A DNA stretch of 64,000 nt. Source: an uncultured Chloroflexia bacterium. Its GTDB lineage: Bacteria > Chloroflexota > Limnocylindria > Limnocylindrales > CSP1-4. A program made the translations under genes and the position numbers. Below, in pieces: positions 18,564 to 29,613 of this stretch (positions are counted from its first letter, which is position 1; the number at the start of each line of letters is the position of its first letter). Location: the NCBI GenBank assembly GCA_963720755.1, contig CAVRGP010000011.1:576001-640000 (forward strand), given 5' to 3'. The notes under the pieces were generated by a model. It saw only the letters and a program-made list of their open reading frames with translations. It did no database searches and was not told the DNA's origin.

Positions 18564-21317
18564 ATGATTCCCGCCAGACGATCGAGAGGCCACCTGCCGG
18601 CCCTCGCCTCGCTCGTGTTCGTGCTCCTCGCAACGATGCTGTCGTTCGGGGTGTCGCCAGTGCTCGCCGAATCGCCAGCGAACGTTCCCACCGGTTTCGC
18701 GGACCAGCTGGTCTTCGGCGGCCTGGACAATCCGATGGCGATCGCCTTCGCGCCGGATGGCGAAGTCTTCGTGGCGGAGAAGCGAGGCGTGATCCTCCGC
18801 TACTCCAGCCTGTCGGACACGACGCCCACCGTGTTCGCCGATCTCAACACGAACGTCCACAACTACTGGGACCGGGGCATGATGGGGCTGGCCGTCGATC
18901 CGGCGTACCCGACCAGGCCCTACGTCTACGTCCTGTACGCCTACAACCACGTCTTCGGTGACCCGGCTGCGGCGCCCAAGTGGCCGTCCAACTCCGGATC
19001 GGGCTACTACGGCGACCGCTGTCCGTCACCGCCCGGGGCGAACACGGACGGCTGCGTCATCTCCGGCCGACTGTCGCGTTTGACGTCGTCCGGCGGGGTC
19101 ATGTCCGGGTCCGAGCACGTCCTGATCGAGGATTGGTGCCAGCAGTTCCCGAGCCACTCACTGGGCAACCTGATGTTCGGAGCCGACGGCTCGTTGTACG
19201 TCTCTGCCGGGGAGGGCGCCGGGTTCAGCGGTGTCGACTACGGCCAATTCGGCGGATCCCTGACCGACACGCCGACACCCGCGAACCCGTGTGGCGATCC
19301 GCCGGGCGGCGTCGGGGTCGCCCTCAGCCCACCGACCGCGGAGGGAGGCTCGCTCCGCGCCCAGGATCTTCGGACGGCGGGCGATCCGGTCGGGCTGGAC
19401 GGGGCCATCCTGCGGATCGATCCGACGACGGGGGCCGGCTGGCCGACGAACGCGCTCGCCGGCTCAACTGATCCGAACGCACGCCGGATCATCGGCTATG
19501 GGCTGCGCAATCCCTTCCGGTTCACGATCCGCCCCGGCACGAACGAGATCTGGCTGGCCGATGTCGGTTTCGCCACCTGGGAGGAGATCGATCGTCTGCC
19601 CGATCCCACGGCCACGCCACGGAACTTCGGCTGGCCCTGCTGGGAGGGCAACGCGACCTTCCCAACCTACCAGGCGCTCGGCACGTCGATCTGTAACGGG
19701 CTCAGCGCCGGAGAGGTCACGACGCCGTTCTACGAGTACCAACATGGGGTCGATGTGGCCAGCGGCGATGGCTGCGGCACGTCGAATGGCGGATCGATCT
19801 CCGGCGTCACGTTCCTGCCCGCCTCGTCCACGTATCCGGGCGCCTACGACGGGGCGTTGTTCTTCGCCGACTATGTTCGCCGCTGCATCTGGTACCTGCC
19901 AGGTGGTGCGGGCGGGCTCCCGAGTGCAGGGCCAGCCAAGCTGTTCGCGGACCTCGATCGCACGGATGCCAGCGCGCGCGACGGCGGCGCGGTCTTCCTC
20001 ACGACCGACCCGAACGGCGAACTGCTGTACGTTGACTACGACCGGGGCGAGGTCCGCCGGATCCACTATTACGGTCTGGCCAACCCGCCGGTCGCGAAGT
20101 TCACGACGACGCCGTCGTCCGGCCCGGCACCACTCCAGGTGTCCTTCGACGCCAGCACCTCGACGAGTTCGCACGGTGCGTTGACCTACGCCTGGGACCT
20201 CAACGGCGACGGCCTGTTCGACGACGCGACCGGCGCGACCGCTCAGCGGACCTACTCGTCGCTGGGCCAGGTCACCGTCGGCCTGAAGGTGACCGACCCC
20301 GCCAACCTGACCGGGATGACGACGCACGTCATCTCCGTGGATGAATCGCCGCCGTCGGTCACCATCGACCTGCCCGACCCCGGCCTGCACTGGAAGGTCG
20401 GCGACACGATCGACTTCAGTGGGTCGGCGACGGATCTCCAGGACGGGGTCCTTCCCGCCTCGGCGTTCGACTGGACGATCATCATGCGGCACTGTCCATC
20501 GGGCTGCCACTCCCATATCATCGAAACGGACAGCGGGGTCGCGTCGGGTAGTTTCGTGGCCCCGGATCACGAGGTGCCGTCGCACATCCAGTTGAGCGTC
20601 ACCGTCACCGACTCTGCCGGCCTGACCGGATCGGCCTCGATCGACCTGTACCCGCTCACCGGTACGGTCACCACGACCTCCGCTCCGACCGGCATCGCGA
20701 CGACGGCCGGCGACGACACGGGCCAGACCGCCTCGGCGACCGCCATCGTCAAGTCCAGCGTCAGCGTCAGCGCGCCGGCGTCGAGCGTCATCGGCGAAGA
20801 CATCTGGTCGTTCCAGTCCTGGTCCGACGGGGGTGCCCGGACGCACCAGGTCCCGGTCGTGACCGGGACGACGGCGCTGACGGCGACCTACACACGAACC
20901 GGAACGGTCGACGCATCCGATACCTGTTCGGGAGCGGCTCCACCCGTTGACCCGACGGGGAGATGGCAGACGGCCTCGTTCGGGGTACCGGGAGACGTCG
21001 ATTGGTATCGATTCAAGCTGACCGCGACGAAGCGAGTCCGTCTGGTGCTCGGGGATCTCACGGTCCCGGGGAGGCTGGCTCTCTACCAGGGGTGCAGCAA
21101 GCTGCTCAGAGTCTCGGATCGTCCGGGACTCGGCTCCGAGGAGCTGATCCAAGAAGCTGGCAGCCGGGAACTATGCGATCCGCGTGAGTGGAAGCGGCGG
21201 TCCATCGACCGGGCAACACGCCCTGCTCATCAAGAGGATGCCGGCCGGCGTCCGTGTGCTGTCATCCAAGGCGCGGATCGGCGGCAGCACCCTGCGCCTC
21301 GTCGGGGAGGTCTATAA
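18564..21317 (+). CDS. Secreted PQQ-dependent sugar dehydrogenase-like (GSDH) beta-propeller with PKD and partial PPC domain; N-terminal part of a frameshifted gene
   Basis: Signal peptide, DRGMMGLAVDP, GLRNPFRF, DVGFATWEEI, NFGWPCWEG; PKD motif (APLQVSFDAS..YAWDLNGDG). Sequence degrades after about 21150. Start could be 18507. Confidence 0.85.
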   Translation: MIPARRSRGHLPALASLVFVLLATMLSFGVSPVLAESPANVPTGFADQLVFGGLDNPMAIAFAPDGEVFVAEKRGVILRYSSLSDTTPTVFADLNTNVHNYWDRGMMGLAVDPAYPTRPYVYVLYAYNHVFGDPAAAPKWPSNSGSGYYGDRCPSPPGANTDGCVISGRLSRLTSSGGVMSGSEHVLIEDWCQQFPSHSLGNLMFGADGSLYVSAGEGAGFSGVDYGQFGGSLTDTPTPANPCGDPPGGVGVALSPPTAEGGSLRAQDLRTAGDPVGLDGAILRIDPTTGAGWPTNALAGSTDPNARRIIGYGLRNPFRFTIRPGTNEIWLADVGFATWEEIDRLPDPTATPRNFGWPCWEGNATFPTYQALGTSICNGLSAGEVTTPFYEYQHGVDVASGDGCGTSNGGSISGVTFLPASSTYPGAYDGALFFADYVRRCIWYLPGGAGGLPSAGPAKLFADLDRTDASARDGGAVFLTTDPNGELLYVDYDRGEVRRIHYYGLANPPVAKFTTTPSSGPAPLQVSFDASTSTSSHGALTYAWDLNGDGLFDDATGATAQRTYSSLGQVTVGLKVTDPANLTGMTTHVISVDESPPSVTIDLPDPGLHWKVGDTIDFSGSATDLQDGVLPASAFDWTIIMRHCPSGCHSHIIETDSGVASGSFVAPDHEVPSHIQLSVTVTDSAGLTGSASIDLYPLTGTVTTTSAPTGIATTAGDDTGQTASATAIVKSSVSVSAPASSVIGEDIWSFQSWSDGGARTHQVPVVTGTTALTATYTRTGTVDASDTCSGAAPPVDPTGRWQTASFGVPGDVDWYRFKLTATKRVRLVLGDLTVPGRLALYQGCSKLLRVSDRPGLGSEELIQEAGSRELCDPREWKRRSIDRATRPAHQEDAGRRPCAVIQGADRRQHPAPRRGGL

Positions 21318-21801
21318 CAACACCTCGAGGACGGTCGGACCAGTCGTCGTCACCGCCAGGCTGTACGACGTCACGGGCAAACTCCTCGCGACCCGGTCAC
21401 ATGCTGTCGACCTGAAGTTCGTCAAGCCCCTGACCCGGGCGCCGTTCAGCATCGTCGGCAGCCTGCCCGCTGGGTTCGACCACGCCGCGTGGAGCGTCAA
21501 GGCACCGACGACGTACAAGCATATCGTCAGGCCCAGGGCGACGATCCTCACGTCGGGACCGGATGCCGCCGGACATTGGGTCGTGACCGGCACGATCAAG
21601 AACACCAAGTCGTACACGGTCCGGTACCTGCGCTTCGCGGTGACCCTCTACGACGCCCGCGGGAACGTGGTGGATGTCGTGCGCGCGCACGTCGGCCAGC
21701 GAACCCTCGGGCGTGGGAGATCGACGACATTCGTGGCGACGTTCGGGTCGACGGGGATCACCCCGGATCGGGTCGACGTCCGGGCGATGGCGGTTCGCTG
21801 A
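21184..21801 (+). CDS. Tandem FxLYD-type domains; probable C-terminus of the upstream GSDH/PKD protein
   Basis: LVGEVYNN..VTARLYDVTG and VTGTIKN..AVTLYDARG repeats. Frame is open back to 21148 and encodes KKLAAGNYAIRV, which completes the PPC domain. Confidence 0.75.
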   Translation: MSGSGGPSTGQHALLIKRMPAGVRVLSSKARIGGSTLRLVGEVYNNTSRTVGPVVVTARLYDVTGKLLATRSHAVDLKFVKPLTRAPFSIVGSLPAGFDHAAWSVKAPTTYKHIVRPRATILTSGPDAAGHWVVTGTIKNTKSYTVRYLRFAVTLYDARGNVVDVVRAHVGQRTLGRGRSTTFVATFGSTGITPDRVDVRAMAVR

Positions 21802-21869
21802 CCGGCTTCGCGGTCCGTTTCACGGTCCGGATCCAGGGATCGCCCACAGCTTGCCCGCAGCAGATCCAG

Positions 21870-22982
21870 CTAATGCCCGGCGATGATGACTTGGCGAAGT
21901 CCATCGCCGTCCCGCAGGCGTGCGAACGCCCCTTCGAGGTCGTCAAGCCCGATCCGCCGGTCGATGAGGCGTTCGATCGGAAGGCGGCCGGCGAGATTCA
22001 GGTCCGCGTAGTGGGGGAAGTCCGCCGCCGGGTCGGCAAAGCCGTAGTTCGAGCCGAGGACCCGGCGGCTGCCATCGACGAACGGGTACACGGCGAATGA
22101 CGCGCGGGCGTCGGCCGGCGTCATCCCGACGAGCACGGCAGTCCCGCCGATCGGCAATGCCGAGATCGCGGATTCGACCGTCGTCGGGCTGCCGATCGCC
22201 TCGAAGATGAAGTCGGGCCCACCATCGGTCAGGTCACGCAGGGCCTCGACCGTCGCGGCGGGGTCTTTGCCGGCGAGGATCCCGTGCGTCGCGCCGAGCG
22301 CGCGGGCCGTGGCGAGCTTCGCCTCGACTTGGTCGATGGCGACGATCGGCGATGCTTTGGCAAGGACGGCCCCCATCACGCACGACAGGCCGACACCCCC
22401 GAGTCCGAGCACCGCCACGCTTGCACCCGCCGGCACGGCCGCCGTCTTCAGGACCGCCCCGACTCCCGTCGTCACGCAACAGCCGATCAGGGCGGCAACG
22501 GCAGGATCGACACCGTTCGGGATCGCGATGGCAGCGGCCGCCGGGACGACGACCGCCTCCGCCATCGTGCCGATGCCGCAATAGGACAGGATTGGGGCGC
22601 CGTCCCCCGACGTGAACACCGTAGATCCATCCGGCATGCGGTGCCGGAACGAGGGCGACTGGGGACAGAGCCATGGTCGCCCGCCGCGGCACGCCCGGCA
22701 GGTCCCACAGGGGACGAGCCAGGACAACGCCACCGGCTGGCCGACCGCGAGATCCGCGACGTCGGGTCCGATCGCCTCGACGATGCCCGCCCCCTCGTGG
22801 CCCATGACGATCGGTGTGGGCCGCGGCCAGTCGCCATCGCGGACGTGCAGGTCCGAGTGGCAGACACCCGATGCCAGGACTCTGACACGGACCTCACCGG
22901 GCCGAGGATCCGCGAGGGCCAGATCCTCGATCGTGACGGGTTTGCCTGTCGAACGAAGGACTGCTGCTCGCGTCGCCGTCAT
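21870..22982 (-). CDS. Zinc-dependent alcohol dehydrogenase (MDR family)
   Basis: GVCHSD, GHEGAG, CGTCRAC..C, GCCVTTG, GLGGVG. ATGA overlap with the malic enzyme gene. Confidence 0.93.
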   Translation of the reverse strand: MTATRAAVLRSTGKPVTIEDLALADPRPGEVRVRVLASGVCHSDLHVRDGDWPRPTPIVMGHEGAGIVEAIGPDVADLAVGQPVALSWLVPCGTCRACRGGRPWLCPQSPSFRHRMPDGSTVFTSGDGAPILSYCGIGTMAEAVVVPAAAAIAIPNGVDPAVAALIGCCVTTGVGAVLKTAAVPAGASVAVLGLGGVGLSCVMGAVLAKASPIVAIDQVEAKLATARALGATHGILAGKDPAATVEALRDLTDGGPDFIFEAIGSPTTVESAISALPIGGTAVLVGMTPADARASFAVYPFVDGSRRVLGSNYGFADPAADFPHYADLNLAGRLPIERLIDRRIGLDDLEGAFARLRDGDGLRQVIIAGH

Positions 22983-24724
22983 GTCCGGCGACGTTCGACC
23001 GCCCGGTCGGGTCGATACGGCACGTAGTCGGGCCACCACATGGCGGCGTCGATGACGGCCTCCACATCGGTCGACGGGTCGATCCCGGCAAGACCGGCGT
23101 CGATCGCCTCGTGCGCGACGGCGGTCGCGATCGAACGTGACACCTGGCGCAGGTCGTCGACCGGCGGGTAGATGACCCCGGCCGCCAGCCGTGCTTCGGT
23201 GACCGCGGACGCGAGCGTACCTGCGGCCAGCAGGAACATCCGGTCGGTGATCATGCTGGTCTCGGCGGCGATGGCGCCGAGACCGAGGCCCGGGAAGATG
23301 AACACGTTGTTGGCCTGACCGATGATCTGCCGCCGTCCGTTCGCGTCGACGGGCTCGAATGGCGAACCCGTCGCGACGACGGCTCGACCATCGGACCAGC
23401 GCAGGACATCGTCCGGGGTCGCCTCGGCGGCCGAAGTCGGGTTCGAGAGCGGCAGGACGATGGGTCGCGGTACGCCGGCGGCGACGGCCCGGATCGTCGG
23501 CTCGTCGAACGTGCCGCCGACGCCGGTCGTCCCGACGAGGACGGTCGGTCGAACCCGTTCGACGGTCTCGATCAGCCCCGGATATTCGGTCGAGAAGCCG
23601 TAGTCCGTGAATGCTCCGGCCGGGAGGGCGAGCTCACGCTTGCTCGGGTCGAGATCTTCGCGCCGGTCGTGGACCTGACCCTTTGAGTCGACCAGGACGA
23701 GTGACCGCCGGACATCCGCCTCGGGGATCCCTTCTTCGAGCATGGCCAGTCGGAGCAATCGGGCGATCCCGATGCCGGCGGCCCCGGCGCCGGCCAGGAC
23801 GACCCGCGCATCTGCCAGCGATGTCCCAAGGAGACGCAGCCCGGCGAGCAATCCGCCGAGCACGACCGCCGAGGTCCCCTGGATATCGTCGTTGAAGGAG
23901 GGCACGCGAAGTCGGTATCGATCGAGGATCCGCAGCGCGTTCGCCTGCTTGAAGTCTTCCCATTGGATCAGGCAGCCGGGCCACACTTCGGCGACGCCAT
24001 CCACGAACGCCTCGACGAGGGCGTCGTATTCGGATCCGCGAAGCCGAGGTTGGCGATACCCGACATAGAGCGGGTCGGCCAGGAGGGTCGGATTGTCGGT
24101 GCCCACGTCCAGTGAAACGGGCAGCGTGAGCGCGGGATGGATACCACTCCCCGCCGTATACAGCGCCAGCTTGCCGATCGGGATGGGCATCCCGCCGGCA
24201 CCCTGGTCACCGAGCCCGAGGATCCGTTCGTTGTCGGTCACGACGACCAGACGGACATCCTTGTACGGCCCTTGCCGCAGCAGGGTCGGGATCCGGTCCC
24301 GGTCGGCGGGGGTGATCCAGGTGCCCCGGGTCCGCCGCAGGATGTGGCTGAACTGCTGGCACGCCCGGCCGACCGTCGGCGTGTAGACGATCGGCAGGAA
24401 CTCCTCGAGATGCTCGGCCAGGAGCCGATAGAACAGCGTCGCGTTGCGGTCCTGGAGGGCCGCCAGCCCGATGTACTGCTCGAGCCCATCGTCCTTGCGG
24501 CGCAGATGCTCGAGTTCGAGGTCGACCTGTTCCTCGATCCCGAGGACCGCGTCGGGGAGGAGTCCGCGGAGCCCGAACGCATCGCGCTCGGCGGGCGTGA
24601 ACGCCAGGTCCTTGGTGAGCAGGCGGCTGCCCAGCAGGGCGGGCCCGGCCAGCCCGACTGGCGCGGTCCGACCAGCCGCGATGTCGTCGAACGGCACGGG
24701 CAACGGTCGCACGTCCTCGAGCAT
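22979..24724 (-). CDS. maeA: NAD-dependent malic enzyme
   Basis: LPIVYTPTVG, ERILGLGDQG, QWEDF, FNDDIQGT, GAGAAGIG, LSNPT, GQANN. Start could be GTG 24712. Confidence 0.94.
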   Translation of the reverse strand: MLEDVRPLPVPFDDIAAGRTAPVGLAGPALLGSRLLTKDLAFTPAERDAFGLRGLLPDAVLGIEEQVDLELEHLRRKDDGLEQYIGLAALQDRNATLFYRLLAEHLEEFLPIVYTPTVGRACQQFSHILRRTRGTWITPADRDRIPTLLRQGPYKDVRLVVVTDNERILGLGDQGAGGMPIPIGKLALYTAGSGIHPALTLPVSLDVGTDNPTLLADPLYVGYRQPRLRGSEYDALVEAFVDGVAEVWPGCLIQWEDFKQANALRILDRYRLRVPSFNDDIQGTSAVVLGGLLAGLRLLGTSLADARVVLAGAGAAGIGIARLLRLAMLEEGIPEADVRRSLVLVDSKGQVHDRREDLDPSKRELALPAGAFTDYGFSTEYPGLIETVERVRPTVLVGTTGVGGTFDEPTIRAVAAGVPRPIVLPLSNPTSAAEATPDDVLRWSDGRAVVATGSPFEPVDANGRRQIIGQANNVFIFPGLGLGAIAAETSMITDRMFLLAAGTLASAVTEARLAAGVIYPPVDDLRQVSRSIATAVAHEAIDAGLAGIDPSTDVEAVIDAAMWWPDYVPYRPDRAVERRRT

Positions 24725-24822
24725 AACCGGGCCGGCCACGGGCGTCTCGGCTATGAGGTCCTGGCGACCCCTGGCCCCATCCGGGGGTGACAGATCCAGC
24801 CGTCGTCTGTGATGCTGTCGGC

Positions 24823-26415
24823 ATGCGACGTCGCGCCGCCCTCGCCCTCGCCCTCATTTCCCTCCTGACATTGTGGGCGACCCCGTTCACCCGCGCTGCC
24901 GACTTCCCGGCCAAGGATTCCGGCTACCACACCTACCCGGAGATGGTCGCGGAGATCGAGGCGACGGCCGCCGCCTACCCGGATATCGTCGCCCTGTCGT
25001 CGATCGGCCACAGCTATAAGGGCCGCGATCTGTGGGTGGCCAAGGTGTCGGACAACGTCGCCACGGACGAGCCGGAACCGGAGGTCCTGTTCGACGCGTT
25101 GCACCACGCCCGCGAACACCTGTCGCTCGAGCAGAACCTGGCGATCCTGCGTTGGCTGACTGAAGGCTATGGCACGGATCCCCAGATCACGAACCTCGTC
25201 GACGAGCGGGAGATCTGGATCGTGTTCGCGGTCAACCCGGATGGTGCCGAGTACGACCTTACCGGCTCGCCGTATCGCGCCTGGCGGAAAAGCCGCCAGC
25301 CGAATCCTGGCTACAAGGCCATCGGCACCGATCTCAATCGCAACTATGGCTATCACTGGGCCTGCTGTGGCGGCTCCTCGACCCACCCGGCGTCGGACAC
25401 GTACCGCGGGCCGTCCGCCTTCTCCGCCCCGGAGACACGGGCGATCCGCGATTTCATCGACAGTCGTCGGATCGGTGGTATCCAGCAGATCAGGACGGCC
25501 GTCACCTTCCATACCGCCGGGGAGCAGATCCTGTGGCCGTACGGCTACACGAAGCAGGCCGTGCCGTACGACATGACGATCGCCGACCACAAGGCGCTGG
25601 CCGCACTCGGCAAGCAGATGGCGGCGACCAACGGCTACACGGCGATGCAGTCGAGCAGCCTGTATGTCACGGACGGCGATGAGATCGACTGGGCGTACGG
25701 GATCCAGCACATCTTCATGTACACGTTCGAGCTCTATCCGAGCCACGCCAAGGTGAATTCACTCAAGCGCTTCTATCCACCCGACGAAGTCATCGGTCCG
25801 CAAACGGAACGGAACAAGGCGGCCATCCTGAAGCTCATCGAGGCCGCCGGATGCCCCTACGGCGCCGCCGGCACGGCCAGGAAGAATTGCGGCCCGCTCT
25901 ACGACTCCTTCGAAACCGCGGGCGGCTGGACGGTGGACCCGCTCGGGACCGATACGGCGAGTGCCGGGGGGTGGCAGCGCGCCGATCCCAAGGCGACAGC
26001 CCGCCAGGCCGGCTCGGTGCCATCCGGGTCCCGCGCGCTCGTGACGGGTGCCAAGGCCGGTTCGAGCGCCCACGCCTACGACGTTGACGGGGGCGTCACG
26101 ACCGTTCGCTCACCAGCGATCGAGCTGACGGATCCGGTGGGGGATCTGACCTTCCGCTCCTACTTCGCCCACAGCGCCAATGCCACGAAGGCGGACTACT
26201 TCCGAGTCTACGTGGAGGGCACGGACGGCATCCGAACGCTCGTCTTCCAGGAGCGTGGTGCCGCGAACAAGGACCTGCCTCGATGGTCCAACGTGTCGAT
26301 CCCGATGACGCCGTGGGCCGGCCAGACGATCAGGATCGTCTTCGCCGCCGCCGACCTCGGTCGGCCGAGCACGATCGAGGCCGCAGTCGACGACGTCAGG
26401 ATCACTCGCCCCTGA
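24823..26415 (+). CDS. Secreted M14 zinc carboxypeptidase (carboxypeptidase T-like) with C-terminal beta-rich domain
   Basis: Signal peptide, HHAREH, NPDG, DLNRNY, FSAPET, TFHT, TFELYP. Confidence 0.92.
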   Translation: MRRRAALALALISLLTLWATPFTRAADFPAKDSGYHTYPEMVAEIEATAAAYPDIVALSSIGHSYKGRDLWVAKVSDNVATDEPEPEVLFDALHHAREHLSLEQNLAILRWLTEGYGTDPQITNLVDEREIWIVFAVNPDGAEYDLTGSPYRAWRKSRQPNPGYKAIGTDLNRNYGYHWACCGGSSTHPASDTYRGPSAFSAPETRAIRDFIDSRRIGGIQQIRTAVTFHTAGEQILWPYGYTKQAVPYDMTIADHKALAALGKQMAATNGYTAMQSSSLYVTDGDEIDWAYGIQHIFMYTFELYPSHAKVNSLKRFYPPDEVIGPQTERNKAAILKLIEAAGCPYGAAGTARKNCGPLYDSFETAGGWTVDPLGTDTASAGGWQRADPKATARQAGSVPSGSRALVTGAKAGSSAHAYDVDGGVTTVRSPAIELTDPVGDLTFRSYFAHSANATKADYFRVYVEGTDGIRTLVFQERGAANKDLPRWSNVSIPMTPWAGQTIRIVFAAADLGRPSTIEAAVDDVRITRP

Positions 26416-27529
26416 CCGGCAGGCGCACCACGATGGTCGTCCCGGCCCCGATTTCGGATGTCGCCTCGATCTCGCCGTCGTGAGCGACGACGAGCTGACG
26501 GGCGATCGCCAGGCCGAGCCCGGACCCTGCAGACGCATCGCCCTTGGCGAACCGGTCGAAGACCAGGGGCAAGAGACTCGGTTCGATGCCCGTGCCGGAG
26601 TCGCGGACCTCCAACCGGACCCAGCCCGCGTCCACCGCGGTTCCGGTCACCCTGATCGTGCCGCCCGACGGCGTGTGACGAAGCGCGTTGGCGACGAGGT
26701 TCGAGATCACCTCGCGGATGCGGACCGGATCGATGTCGACCATCGGTAGATCGGATCCGATATCGGCGATCAACTCGACGCCCGCCGTCAGGGCGGCAGG
26801 TTCGAACGACCGCACGACATCCGAGGTGAGGACGTCGAGATCGGTCGGCTCCCGGTGCAGCGTGAGGGTCCCGGCCTCGGACAGGGCCAGCGTTCGTAGA
26901 TCGTCGACCAACCGGGCAAGGACGCGGGTCTCCTCGAGGATCGTCTGGAGGTGTGCTCCGTCTGCCGGATAGATGCCATCGAGGATGGCCTCGATGTGGC
27001 CCTGGACCACGCTCAGTGGCGTGCGCAACTCGTGGCTGATATCGGCCAGCAGCGTCCGCCGCTGTCGTTCGTCGGCCTCCAGCCGTGCGGCCATGGCATC
27101 GAAATCGCGATCGAGTTGTCGAGCTGCCCGGATGGCCCCGGCCGACGATCGGGTCGACCCGATCCGGACCGAGTAATCACCCTCGCTGACCCGCCGGGTC
27201 GCCTCGACGAGGCCATCGAGCTCCCGAGCCGTGGCGAACAGCGTCCGACCCATCCAGCCGAGGACGAGGGCCAGGAAGCCCAGGGCCACGATGACGGGCA
27301 GCGCGCCAAGGCTGGACAGGACCAACGTCGTGGCGGCGATCAACGATCCGGCGATGAGCAGGAAGACCAGCCCGAACAGGCAGCCGAATCCCTGGGGTGG
27401 CCCGTAGCGGGCGGGCCGGTGGCCACCCCGAGCCCGCCGCCTGAGCCGGGCCTTCCGCCACTCGTCGCGGGTCTGTCTCCAGTCCTCGCCGGATCGCGGT
27501 CCCGACTGGTGATCCTCTTCCCCGGGCAT
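26402..27529 (-). CDS. Sensor histidine kinase (2 TM, HAMP, HisKA, HATPase; BaeS-like)
   Basis: [35 protein letters not shown]. Confidence 0.94.
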   Translation of the reverse strand: MPGEEDHQSGPRSGEDWRQTRDEWRKARLRRRARGGHRPARYGPPQGFGCLFGLVFLLIAGSLIAATTLVLSSLGALPVIVALGFLALVLGWMGRTLFATARELDGLVEATRRVSEGDYSVRIGSTRSSAGAIRAARQLDRDFDAMAARLEADERQRRTLLADISHELRTPLSVVQGHIEAILDGIYPADGAHLQTILEETRVLARLVDDLRTLALSEAGTLTLHREPTDLDVLTSDVVRSFEPAALTAGVELIADIGSDLPMVDIDPVRIREVISNLVANALRHTPSGGTIRVTGTAVDAGWVRLEVRDSGTGIEPSLLPLVFDRFAKGDASAGSGLGLAIARQLVVAHDGEIEATSEIGAGTTIVVRLPVRGE

Positions 27530-28221
27530 CAGTCCGCATCCCGATCATCGGCGAACCGGTAACCGACGCCATAGGCGGTCAGGATGTATCGCGGGCGACG
27601 AGGATCGGGCTCGAGCTTGCGCCGCAGGTTCTTGATATGCGAATCGATGGCCCGCTCGTACGTCTCGAACGCGACGCCGTGCAAGGCATCGAGCAGCTGG
27701 CCACGGGTGAAGATGCGGCCCGGTCGGCCCGCGAGGGTGGAAAGCAATCGAAACTCGGTCGAGGTGAGGTCGACCGCCGAGCCCGCGAGCTCGGCTCGCA
27801 TCGTCGGCAGATCGAGGGTCAGGTCGCCGGCGCGGATCGTCTCCCCGCTGTCGGGAGCCCGCTCGGTCCGCCGAAGGACGGCACGAACGCGGGCGACCAG
27901 CTCGCGAGGGCTGAATGGCTTGGTCAGGTAGTCGTCGGCACCAAGTTCGAGTCCCAGCAGCTTGTCGAATTCGTCGTCGCGTGCCGTGAGCATCACGATC
28001 GGGACGGATGACCCACGACGGATCTCGCGGGTCACATCGAGGCCGTCCAGCCCGGGCAGCCCCAGATCGAGCACGATCAGATCGGGCCGACGGGTCCGGA
28101 AGGCGGAGACCGCGGCGTTGCCGTCGTGGGCGGTCAGCACGGCGAACCCGGCGTGCTCGAGGTAATCCCGGGCCAGCGCCGCGATCTTCGCTTCGTCATC
28201 GACGACAAGGATCGTCTTCAT
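27529..28221 (-). CDS. OmpR-family response regulator
   Basis: ILVVDDE, LDLGLP, MLTAR, DDYLTKPF, IDSHIKNLRRK, GVGYRF. TACGAT lies 6 nt before the ATG. Confidence 0.95.
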   Translation of the reverse strand: MKTILVVDDEAKIAALARDYLEHAGFAVLTAHDGNAAVSAFRTRRPDLIVLDLGLPGLDGLDVTREIRRGSSVPIVMLTARDDEFDKLLGLELGADDYLTKPFSPRELVARVRAVLRRTERAPDSGETIRAGDLTLDLPTMRAELAGSAVDLTSTEFRLLSTLAGRPGRIFTRGQLLDALHGVAFETYERAIDSHIKNLRRKLEPDPRRPRYILTAYGVGYRFADDRDAD

Positions 28222-28302
28222 CGGCCGATCGTAGTCGGACAGGCGCCTCGGGACGAGCCGGACCCCGAGGCGCCGATGGTGGTTTCGTGTCGGGGCCGGC
28301 GC

Positions 28303-28752
28303 TCAGGACGGGTCGATCGGACCGGCATCTGGTTTCGACGGGTCGCTCGGCTGGCCGGACGACCCATCGTGAGCCAGGCGATGCCAGGTGTCGAAGGTCT
28401 CGCGTGCCCGACCCTCCCATGACGGCTGACCCCAGGAACCCCCGTGCCCGTGGTCGCTCCGCATCGCACCCGGGTTCCAACCGCCGCGTCGCCACATCCC
28501 GCGGAAGAACACGAGCCGCAGCAGCGCGAAGACGACGAACACGAAGAAGAGGGTCACAAAGAGGTCGAAGACCCCGAACCCTGCGCCGTGCCAGGCGGGT
28601 CCGTACGGGACGATGACGGGTGTGACGACCGATCCACTCGTGATGCTGGAACTGATCGCCGAGTCGAGTCCAGCTTGATAGGCGGTCGTGGCGATCACCC
28701 CGCCACCGATGGCGAGGACGACGATGAGAAGGATGGCGGCGATGGCGCGCAT
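28303..28752 (-). CDS. Small two-TM hypothetical membrane protein, putative accessory of the two-component system
   Basis: AGGAG RBS, two hydrophobic stretches, C-terminal FDTWHRLAH. Co-oriented upstream of the RR and HK genes. Confidence 0.75.
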   Translation of the reverse strand: MRAIAAILLIVVLAIGGGVIATTAYQAGLDSAISSSITSGSVVTPVIVPYGPAWHGAGFGVFDLFVTLFFVFVVFALLRLVFFRGMWRRGGWNPGAMRSDHGHGGSWGQPSWEGRARETFDTWHRLAHDGSSGQPSDPSKPDAGPIDPS

Positions 28753-28817
28753 GGGTGCAGCACTCCTGTGACGTGCCAGGTCCGCCCTGGACCTGGTCCC
28801 CTCGATCGTCACGGCCC

Positions 28818-28837
28818 GATGTGGAGGAGATGTGGAG
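28818..28837 (-). promoter_or_regulatory. Direct repeat, putative OmpR-family binding site
   Basis: GATGTGGAG twice with an 11-bp period (28818-28826, 28829-28837), upstream of the membrane protein-RR-HK genes. Confidence 0.55.
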
Positions 28838-28967
28838 ACGGCATGGCGAGATCGACGCCCAGGAGCGGTCGAGCACCTTGTTCGGGGCTGTATAGTCCGC
28901 TCCGAGGGCGTCCGAACAAGTCTGCCTGTGCCCTGGCAGCGGACGCCGAGAGGGTTGGAGGAACTCG

Positions 28968-29606
28968 ATGTCAGTCGAGGGGATCATCATCGGCCTGCTG
29001 GCCATCGTCATCGGCCTGGCCTGGGCCACGTACGGACTCAAACTCTTCACGATCCTGCTGCCGCTATGGGCATTCCTGTTCGGACTCGTCGCCGGGGCGC
29101 AATGGGGTCAGGATGTGTTCGGTGACGGGGTCTTCTCGACCGTCCTGTCGTGGGGGATCGGTCTCGTCTTCGGCATCGTCCTCGCGGCGATCTCCTTCTT
29201 CTGGTACTACGCCGCGATCGTGCTCCTGGCCGGGGCGGCGGGCTACACGCTGGCCGTCGGCTTGTTCGTCACGCTCGGGACGGGGACGGGCCTCATCGTC
29301 ACCCTGATCGGCCTGATCGTCGGGGCGATCTTCGCCGTCGGTACGTTCATGCTCGGGGTCCCGATCCTGCTGGTCATGGTCTTCTCGGCGGCGACCGGCG
29401 CTGCAGCCGTGGTCAACGGCGTGTTCATCTTCCTTGGCCAGATCAAGGTCGAGGACCTGTACGCGGGGATCTTCGGATCGCTGCTTCACTCGGGCCTCGT
29501 GGCCACCGTCGTCTACATCGTCCTCGCCGTGGCGGCCCTGATGTACCAGATCCGTGACGTCGGGTCGTCCGTCTCGACGGTCGATCGGAGTTCGTACCGC
29601 TACTAG
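28968..29606 (+). CDS. DUF4203-like multi-pass membrane protein
   Basis: GGAGG RBS, about 7 TM segments, YGLKLF..LLPLW.F..G and SAATGA pattern. Confidence 0.75.
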   Translation: MSVEGIIIGLLAIVIGLAWATYGLKLFTILLPLWAFLFGLVAGAQWGQDVFGDGVFSTVLSWGIGLVFGIVLAAISFFWYYAAIVLLAGAAGYTLAVGLFVTLGTGTGLIVTLIGLIVGAIFAVGTFMLGVPILLVMVFSAATGAAAVVNGVFIFLGQIKVEDLYAGIFGSLLHSGLVATVVYIVLAVAALMYQIRDVGSSVSTVDRSSYRY

Positions 29607-29613
29607 CCCCAAG

